Virus record (IMG/VR): IMGVR_UViG_2690316285_000017 | Source: a virus | Lineage: Duplodnaviria; Heunggongvirae; Uroviricota; Caudoviricetes | Strand: one strand, 5' to 3' | DNA length: 6,352 nt | Shown: in pieces, positions 1 to 4,435 of the stretch | How the letters are laid out: every line of letters starts with the position of its first letter | Position numbering within the stretch: the stretch's first letter is position 1 | Program-made: the position numbers and the translations under genes | Notes under the pieces: generated by a model | What the model saw: only the letters and a program-made list of their open reading frames with translations | Databases searched by the model: none | What the model was told of the DNA's origin: nothing

Positions 1-155
1 TTGAACGTGCTAAAGCTGAAGGGGTACATATGGGGAGGCCTGTAAAAGCTTCTTCAGAGGCTGTACAGACGCTTATTTCACAAGGTAAGACGAGGTTGCA
101 GATTCAGGAAGAGTTAGGAATCTCTAGAGCAACTTATTACAGACTTGCTAAATAA
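1..155 (+). CDS. Small serine recombinase (resolvase/invertase family), 3' end only; gene is truncated at the window start
   Basis: Frame 3 from nt 3 reads ERAKAEGVHMGRPVKASSEAVQTLISQGKTRLQIQEELGISRATYYRLAK then TAA at 153-155. The GRPxK motif followed by an HTH ending ..S(R)AT.YR is the typical C-terminus of Hin/Gin/TnpR-type small serine recombinases. Not in the ORF track because it is 5'-truncated. Confidence 0.6.
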   Translation, partial: ERAKAEGVHMGRPVKASSEAVQTLISQGKTRLQIQEELGISRATYYRLAK

Positions 156-492
156 GTTACTGAATAGTTACATGGATGTAGCTGATATTTGGCTTTTTTG
201 CCAAGGGGGTCACATAGCTGGTGTGACGGGTACTTAGCAGCTACAGACATCTGTCAGATATTTTTGAAGATTCGGGGAAGATGAGATTCAAAGAGGGCTA
301 GTCATTTTTTATAAAAATTTTCAGATTCTGAAAAGTTACTGTACAGATTTTGCACAATCCTACCAAACCTCATAGTTGATTCGATTAGAAGCTAATCTCA
401 TAGAAAGCTCTGTAGCGAGTTTTAACCCCATTTTTAGGGGTAACCTATAGGGATGTACTAACCACCTTAAAATAAAGGGGTAAAATCGCTTA

Positions 493-514
493 GAATGCGT
501 TACAGAGCGTCTGA
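493..514. repeat. Lone copy of the ~26 bp arm motif shared by the two inverted-repeat elements (agaatgcgttacagagcgtctg)
   Basis: Contains cgttacagagcg, a 12/12 match to the 3' arm of element B; its reverse complement cagacgctctgtaacgcattct matches the 5' arm cagacgctctcaatcgcattct at about 18 of 22 positions. Confidence 0.5.
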
Positions 515-847
515 GAAGCCATATTCACAGATTTTACTAAAACCTCAGACTTCTAAGTAGTCTTTTAACAGGAGGGGTTCCCCTATGGTCACATATCCCC
601 TCTCTTTCCACTAAGTAAGCCTTAGCAGCACCTAAGCAACAATTGACTAACAGATTCGGTAGAGTCTATCTCATAGGTCAACTTCATAAACTCAGAGCTA
701 AGTTACCTTGAAAGATTCTACCAAGAACTACACAGGTGTTATTTAGTCTGACTGTGAAGGGATATTTAACGGGAGAAGAGATACGATATAACCCGAAGGG
801 AGAGTATCATCTTAACAATTATCTTAAGAATAAAAACTGAAAAACTC

Positions 848-903
848 TTAACAGATAACCACCTAGAAAGAAGGGTTAACAGATAACCACCTAGAAAGAA
901 GGG
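848..903. repeat. Perfect tandem direct repeat, 2 x 28 bp (ttaacagataaccacctagaaagaaggg)
   Basis: Identical 28-mers at 848-875 and 876-903, head to tail, in a region with no ORF; flanked by further short direct repeats (atcttaa x2, aagtct x2) and the palindrome cctgttaaacagg at about 929-941. Confidence 0.9.
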
Positions 904-1309
904 AACGATAAGACCAGAGGTAGTGACCTGTTAAACAGGCTGTTTCAAAGTCTCTTAAAAGTCTGTTAAGTAAGGTCATGTGAACAATCTTACCATTTTG
1001 TCAATGCTTTTGTCTTTGACCTAAATCAATAAAATGTATCGTTTGATATGCTTTTAAACAAAATAGCTAAAAAATCTTTTTTTAGAGGGGCGCTTCGCTT
1101 GGGGTCACTATGAATGATTTTTCTCTCGCTAAGAGAGCGCTTACAGAGGTCTTTCAAATCTCAATAGCCAGCCGAGGAACACAGGAAACCGAGGGAAGAA
1201 AAACTATTGTGATTACCTTGAACAAGGTCTGTAAAGGTCGTTTAAGAGGTCGGTTAAGAAAGGAGCTTCCCTCTCTGGGGTTATCGCTCTTCTCCCGATT
1301 AGTGGGGCG

Positions 1310-1502
1310 GTTAAGAGGGCTTGAAGTTATCTGTGAAGGTACTGGACAGCCTTATATATTGGGTGATTACAACTCGTTGAAAAATAAGCATTTTTAGAAG
1401 TTACTGTTAAGGTTGCAGAGTTGTCTGTGAAGAGACTTGTCAGTTCTCTATATATAGCTAATTACAACTTATTGAAAAATAAGAACTTTTAGAAATTACT
1501 GT
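1310..1502. repeat. Imperfect tandem direct repeat, 2 x ~96 bp
   Basis: Unit 1 (1310-1407) and unit 2 (1406-1502) align end to end, e.g. gttaagagggcttgaagttatctgtgaagg...attacaactcgttgaaaaataagcatttttagaagttactgt versus gttaaggttgcagagttgtctgtgaagag...attacaacttattgaaaaataagaacttttagaaattactgt. Upstream at 1239-1317 are three short (g)gtcgKttaagaRg motifs. Confidence 0.8.
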
Positions 1503-1584
1503 CAGAGAGGTGAATGCTTGATAGATACGGCTTTCCAGTTCTGTCAAGCTATTTTTTAATAGATAGCACAAAATGCTAAAGACA

Positions 1585-1629
1585 CCCCTGTACCATAGAC
1601 TTCTATCTGTCATCTCGTGCAGGGGTTTT
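1585..1629. terminator. Candidate bidirectional terminator hairpin
   Basis: Stem cccctg (1585-1590) pairs with cagggg (1620-1625), followed by TTTT on the plus strand and lying 15 nt past the stop of the minus-strand ORF. The loop is long (about 29 nt), so this is weak. Confidence 0.3.
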
Positions 1630-1637
1630 GAAGGAGT

Positions 1638-1814
1638 TTAACGGGGGTCTGTGTGGTCGTTATCCTTAAGGTCAAGCGTCCATGTACGACCGAACAGTTT
1701 AAAGACAACAAGCACTCTGACGAGGACGTAGCGAAGTAGCAGGCCTGCAATCAGCCCAATACCTCCACCAGTCCATACATCAGGTGACCCCAGCTCAGGA
1801 GGGAGATTTACCAT
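1638..1814 (-). CDS. Small (58 aa) predicted membrane protein with one hydrophobic helix; an alternative upstream start at 1970 would give 110 aa
   Basis: ATG at 1814-1812 is preceded on the minus strand by cttacaAGGAaaactaATG. The product MVNLPPELGSPDVWTGGGIGLIAGLLLRYVLVRVLVVFKLFGRTWTLDLKDNDHTDPR has a single TM-like segment. The locally GC-richer sequence fits coding DNA. The same frame stays open to an ATG at 1970 that has its own SD (ggggagag) and an extended -10 upstream, but that extension runs through repeat element A. Confidence 0.4.
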   Translation of the reverse strand: MVNLPPELGSPDVWTGGGIGLIAGLLLRYVLVRVLVVFKLFGRTWTLDLKDNDHTDPR

Positions 1815-1828
1815 TAGTTTTCCTTGTA

Positions 1829-1926
1829 AGACGCTCTCAATCGCATTCTGACACAAAAAGTACCTGACCTTATGAGTTGACCTGAAGAGGTCGTTTAACT
1901 CGTTACAGGGCGATTGAAGAGGTCTG
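1829..1926. repeat. Inverted-repeat element A (~98 bp): ~26 bp imperfect-palindromic arms flanking a unique core
   Basis: 5' arm agacgctctcaatcgcattctgac (from 1829) and 3' arm cgttacagggcgattgaagaggtctg (1901-1926). The arms are near reverse complements, and both are near-identical to the arms of element B. Confidence 0.8.
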
Positions 1927-1992
1927 TGTGCAATGCAAAATATGCGACCAAATACATAGCCACGCCTCATATTTTACTCTCCCCATAAACCC

Positions 1993-2021
1993 ATTATACC
2001 ACAGATGTTACAAAAATGTTA
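1993..2021 (-). promoter_or_regulatory. Candidate minus-strand promoter with extended -10 (TGGTATAAT)
   Basis: The minus strand reads ctgTGgTATAATggg (TATAAT = plus 1998 to 1993, TG = plus 2001 to 2000). The -35 region is weak (taacat, plus 2016-2021). Predicted start near plus 1986, directly upstream of the SD/ATG at 1970 and of the leader running towards the ORF at 1814. Confidence 0.45.
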
Positions 2022-2028
2022 AAAATAC

Positions 2029-2058
2029 TTGACATTAGTCTTTGAAAATGCTAATATT
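2029..2058 (+). promoter_or_regulatory. Sigma70-type promoter P1 (TTGACA-N17-TAATAT)
   Basis: TTGACA at 2029-2034, a 17 nt spacer, TAATAT at 2052-2057; about 50 nt upstream of the ATG at 2109. Homologous to P2 over about 65 bp. Confidence 0.6.
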
Positions 2059-2108
2059 GTATATATAGGTTAACAGAATAATAACATCTTATGAGAGTCA
2101 GAACATGA

Positions 2109-2666
2109 ATGCAGTATTCAGAATTTAGAGCGATGCTTCAGGCATCAAGAGAACGCAACAAGCACAACTCCTACGCTTACACAAACAACCCCACCAGCTA
2201 CGAAGTCCCAACCTTTAGCAAATCCGAACGTAAGAACATTGAAGCGGTCATTCGTAGCATTACGCCACGAGACAGATTTATGCCAGTACGCAAAACAACA
2301 AAGAATACTATTAAAAATTATCTGGCTAACTTTGACAGTTACGAGCAGTTACCAAGCAAGCTTGATGATGTTTTTATTGGGTTCTGTAGAAGTGAAGGCC
2401 ACCCGAAATACAACAAAAAACTATTTTATCTGCTAAAGAATCTTGACGAAATTAACGCATCCACCGTGACAAATCATCTTCAGCGACAGGCAACCAGACT
2501 TAGTTACGAATTACCAAGCGATAAATATTGCGCTTTGCTTGCTGTGATGTGCGCGAAATTAATTGGCATTGTTGAACATCATATTGCCGTTGGGAATATT
2601 GAGCCAATGGAAAACGAGCAACCAGATTTCGAGTTTGACCCCTATTTAGTTACAGAGGATTTTTAA
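2109..2666 (+). CDS. Hypothetical protein (185 aa), first gene of the operon downstream of P1
   Basis: ORF-track ORF; sits downstream of P1, and its stop abuts the next start (TAA then ATG). SD is weak (gagag about 11 nt upstream). No recognisable motif. Confidence 0.6.
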   Translation: MQYSEFRAMLQASRERNKHNSYAYTNNPTSYEVPTFSKSERKNIEAVIRSITPRDRFMPVRKTTKNTIKNYLANFDSYEQLPSKLDDVFIGFCRSEGHPKYNKKLFYLLKNLDEINASTVTNHLQRQATRLSYELPSDKYCALLAVMCAKLIGIVEHHIAVGNIEPMENEQPDFEFDPYLVTEDF

Positions 2667-2945
2667 ATGAATAAACACACATTAACCAGAGTTACAAAGA
2701 CAGCCTTTGATGAACTGAACCGAATCAAAAACATTACAGGTCTGCCACACTCAGCAGTGATGAAGCTTGCAATTAACCGTGATATTAACGAACAGGATTT
2801 GCTTAATAGTCGCTTAGAGGCTGCAAGACACCATATCAGGATTAAGCAAGATGACCTTGATAGTCTGAAATCCTTAAATGCTTTTGGACTGGATTTAGCA
2901 AGGTTACTAAGTATCAAAATTCACAAACTGTCTCAGGAGGTCTGA
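2667..2945 (+). CDS. Putative ribbon-helix-helix (CopG/Arc/MetJ-like) DNA-binding protein, 92 aa
   Basis: SD gagga 7 nt upstream of the ATG. The N-terminus HTLTRVTKTAFDELNRIKNITGLPHSAVMKLAINRDINE fits the RHH pattern: beta-strand, helix A, G-x-P/S turn, helix B. Assignment is from pattern memory, not a search. Confidence 0.6.
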   Translation: MNKHTLTRVTKTAFDELNRIKNITGLPHSAVMKLAINRDINEQDLLNSRLEAARHHIRIKQDDLDSLKSLNAFGLDLARLLSIKIHKLSQEV

Positions 2946-2947
2946 TT

Positions 2948-3220
2948 ATGAAGCAATGGCGAGATGATATTAAACGGTTCTTTGCAACTTACTTCATGAT
3001 TAATTATGAGACAGGAATGCTTGAATGGATTGATGGTGGAGAGGTTAAGACAAGAGATGATGCTTACGGTAATCCAATGATTCGTTATGGCACTCGTGAT
3101 TATTATCTGAAGTATGTCATCTGGTTTTTGCATCATGAAGTTCAGGCAACTAAAAAGATTATCTTCAGGGATGGTAATAAAAGAAATTGCCACCCAAACA
3201 ATTTACTCCTGGAGATTTAA
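2948..3220 (+). CDS. Small protein (90 aa) with a degenerate HNH_3-like motif, probably not catalytic
   Basis: SD aggagg 7 nt upstream. YLKYVIWFLHH...IIFRDGNKRNCHPNNLLL resembles the HNH_3 signature (H.L.W..hG...DHIDGNK.NN..NLR), but FRD replaces the catalytic DH(I)D. Confidence 0.6.
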   Translation: MKQWRDDIKRFFATYFMINYETGMLEWIDGGEVKTRDDAYGNPMIRYGTRDYYLKYVIWFLHHEVQATKKIIFRDGNKRNCHPNNLLLEI

Positions 3221-3420
3221 TGTTATGTATTAAATTCGAATATTTGACAGATAAAATGATTAAGCATGTATCAGACCTGCTCATCAAAGAAGGTGGTTTC
3301 GGTGATGCTTGCAATCCAAAAGATATCTTCATTCATGCCACCAGCCCAAACGCAACACTAAAGACAGCAGTTACAGCGGAATGGTTTGAACGAAATAAAG
3401 CGGAATTAGGTTATTGGTAG
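3220..3420 (+). CDS. Hypothetical small protein (66 aa), translationally coupled to the upstream gene
   Basis: ATG at 3220-3222 overlaps the upstream TAA (3218-3220) as TAATG; SD ggag about 6 nt upstream. The track's longer ORF from 3187 overlaps the preceding gene by 34 nt and has no SD, so the 3220 start is preferred. Confidence 0.55.
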   Translation: MLCIKFEYLTDKMIKHVSDLLIKEGGFGDACNPKDIFIHATSPNATLKTAVTAEWFERNKAELGYW

Positions 3421-3456
3421 TCCGAGACTTTAAGAGAAATTAGAAAAACAGCTTAT

Positions 3457-3576
3457 CAGACGCTCTCAATCGCATTCTAACGCAAAAAACTATCTTATTT
3501 TAGGGTGGGTAATACCACTACAGGCTACCCCTGAAAAAGACTGTTTAGCTCGTTACAGAGCGATTGAGGAGGTCTG
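3457..3576. repeat. Inverted-repeat element B (~120 bp), paralogous to element A
   Basis: 5' arm cagacgctctcaatcgcattctaacgc (from 3457) and 3' arm cgttacagagcgattgaggaggtctg (3551-3576). Intergenic between the gene ending at 3420 and the gene starting at 3597. The arms can form a stem of about 26 bp with about 4 mismatches. Confidence 0.8.
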
Positions 3577-3596
3577 GTAAAAAGGAGATTTTAAAA

Positions 3597-3920
3597 ATGA
3601 ACGAATATGAATTACAGATTTTCATTGATAGCGACACTGCTATGATGGTGCAGGCTTTCGCTGATTCCGGTGTATCAATTGACCTTGATAAATTACTAAA
3701 GCTAATGGCTGAAAACTCAGAAGAAATTGAAGACTTTATTCAGGAAATTGAAACTGGTGAACCGCGTTTTATGTTTCCTGTTACCGACTCAAACATGAAG
3801 CGTCTTATTATCGAAGAAACGAACAAATACAGCGTTAGCCCTGAAAAATATCTCAAGGCGGCTATAGCAATTTTGTATAGCGATAATATTCTGGTGACGG
3901 ATTCGAAGGTGGTGCATTAA
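3597..3920 (+). CDS. Hypothetical acidic protein (107 aa)
   Basis: ATG at 3597 with SD aaggag 9 nt upstream. The track's TTG start at 3564 lies inside the 3' arm of element B and is considered unlikely. Confidence 0.6.
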   Translation: MNEYELQIFIDSDTAMMVQAFADSGVSIDLDKLLKLMAENSEEIEDFIQEIETGEPRFMFPVTDSNMKRLIIEETNKYSVSPEKYLKAAIAILYSDNILVTDSKVVH

Positions 3921-3985
3921 TGGAATTGGTGATTATCTGTTTTGTATTGATTGGTATGATTGCAGGTGCATCTATTAAAGTATAA
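3920..3985 (+). CDS. Candidate 21 aa hydrophobic micropeptide (MELVIICFVLIGMIAGASIKV), translationally coupled
   Basis: ATG overlaps the upstream TAA as TAATG (3918-3922); SD-like gaaggtgg 7 nt upstream; the product is almost entirely hydrophobic. Very short, so it could be fortuitous. Confidence 0.25.
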   Translation: MELVIICFVLIGMIAGASIKV

Positions 3986-4009
3986 ATGTTACCAATCTGT
4001 TAAAAGCTG

Positions 4010-4038
4010 TTGACAGACAACCTTGAGCATGACATAAT
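4010..4038 (+). promoter_or_regulatory. Sigma70-type promoter P2 (TTGACA-N17-CATAAT), a paralogue of P1
   Basis: TTGACA at 4010-4015, 17 nt spacer, CATAAT at 4033-4038. The upstream ATGTTAC-N5-TGTTAAAA elements and the downstream TGTATATAT are conserved with P1. Confidence 0.6.
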
Positions 4039-4045
4039 TGTATAT

Positions 4046-4192
4046 ATGGGGGAGAGCAATTCTCTCTTATTTTTTCTTTCAATAATCCGATGGATGGATA
4101 TTCTGAGTTTGAAAGGTGCAATGCTTTTCGTCCTAGCCTTTCAGGTTGGTCTGAGAGGCTATCTCAAAAAGTCTTTGTTCATTCATTATTGA
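4046..4192 (+). CDS. Candidate leaderless small hydrophobic protein (48 aa); alternatively this stretch is the body of a ~190 nt small RNA
   Basis: ATG at 4046-4048 lies 7-8 nt after the P2 -10, where transcription is expected to start (leaderless). Product MGESNSLLFFLSIIRWMDILSLKGAMLFVLAFQVGLRGYLKKSLFIHY. TGA at 4190-4192 is followed 16 nt later by an intrinsic terminator. Confidence 0.3.
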   Translation: MGESNSLLFFLSIIRWMDILSLKGAMLFVLAFQVGLRGYLKKSLFIHY

Positions 4193-4207
4193 ATCCTTTA
4201 CAGCTTT

Positions 4208-4235
4208 GCCCTAATCATGAGTTAGGGCTTTCTTT
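4208..4235 (+). terminator. Rho-independent terminator
   Basis: Stem GCCCTAA (4208-4214), 7 nt loop, TTAGGGC (4222-4228), then TTTCTTT (4229-4235). Confidence 0.6.
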
Positions 4236-4304
4236 AAGAGTTTTTAAACAGAGCTTTTAAAGAAAGTTTTCCTGAAACTTCGTTAACGTTATAAGCAAAC
4301 CTCC

Positions 4305-4339
4305 AAAGCCCTTCACAGATTATGTTTAGGGCTTTTCTT
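4305..4339 (+). terminator. Second terminator-like hairpin
   Basis: Stem aGCCCT (4307-4312) pairs with AGGGCt (4328-4333) across a 15 nt loop, followed by ttttctt. The stem resembles that of the hairpin at 4208-4235. Confidence 0.35.
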
Positions 4340-4408
4340 AATAGAGCATCTTTAATAAATCGTTAAGTCATCTTCTAAGTGTATTGGCGTTGAAGGTGCT
4401 CTATTAAG
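4337..4408. repeat. Perfect 12 bp inverted repeat (cttaatagagca ... tgctctattaag) separated by 48 bp
   Basis: Arms at 4337-4348 and 4397-4408, directly upstream of the SD/ATG of the gene at 4436; the first arm overlaps the U-tract of the preceding hairpin. Confidence 0.8.
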
Positions 4409-4435
4409 AAATAACCACACTTAGAGGAAATTATA

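Noticed and set aside
189-204. Hairpin ttggc-tttttt-gccaa after the recombinase stop as a terminator
   Set aside because: Only a 5 bp stem, and it is followed by GGGGG rather than a U-tract; not a convincing intrinsic terminator.
370-400. Possible tRNA-like T-arm (gattcgatt) as an integration target
   Set aside because: No flanking stem complementarity or acceptor/anticodon arm arrangement could be built around it by eye; a tRNA scan would be needed to exclude it fully.
1110-1397. 95 aa plus-strand ORF from the track
   Set aside because: It is made of short and long DNA repeats (translated GRLRGRLR and GRLRGL), has only a weak SD and sits in repeat-dense, otherwise non-coding DNA. More likely repeat DNA than a gene; not excluded.
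1829-1926. Integron attC site or CRISPR repeat interpretation of the inverted-repeat elements
   Set aside because: The AAC/GTT-containing parts of the arms face inward rather than sitting at the outer ends as in attC (RYYYAAC ... GTTRRRY), and no cassette-like ORF plus attC periodicity is present. The repeats are not regularly spaced with unique spacers, so this is not a CRISPR array.
1815-1970. N-terminal extension of the minus-strand ORF to the ATG at 1970 (110 aa)
   Set aside because: The extension runs straight through inverted-repeat element A, whose paralogue B is clearly intergenic. The internal ATG at 1814 with its own SD is preferred, but the 1970 start has an SD and an upstream extended -10, so it remains possible.
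2239-2436. 65 aa plus-strand ORF nested in an alternative frame of the 2109-2666 gene
   Set aside because: Fully contained within a longer ORF with better signals; no SD.
2663-3193. Minus-strand ORFs 2663-2917 and 2933-3193
   Set aside because: They lie antisense to tightly coupled plus-strand genes that have good SDs; no start signals of their own; typical antisense ORFs.
3187-3219. Upstream start at 3187 for the 3420-ending gene (77 aa version)
   Set aside because: It overlaps the preceding gene by 34 nt and has no SD; the TAATG-coupled ATG at 3220 with an upstream GGAG is the better start.
3564-3596. TTG start at 3564 for the 3920-ending gene (118 aa version)
   Set aside because: It lies inside the 3' arm of element B with no SD; the ATG at 3597 with AAGGAG 9 nt upstream is preferred.
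4010-4045. TTG-initiated start of the track ORF 4010-4192
   Set aside because: The TTG is the first codon of the TTGACA -35 hexamer of P2, so translation cannot start there; only the ATG at 4046 could be used, as a leaderless start.
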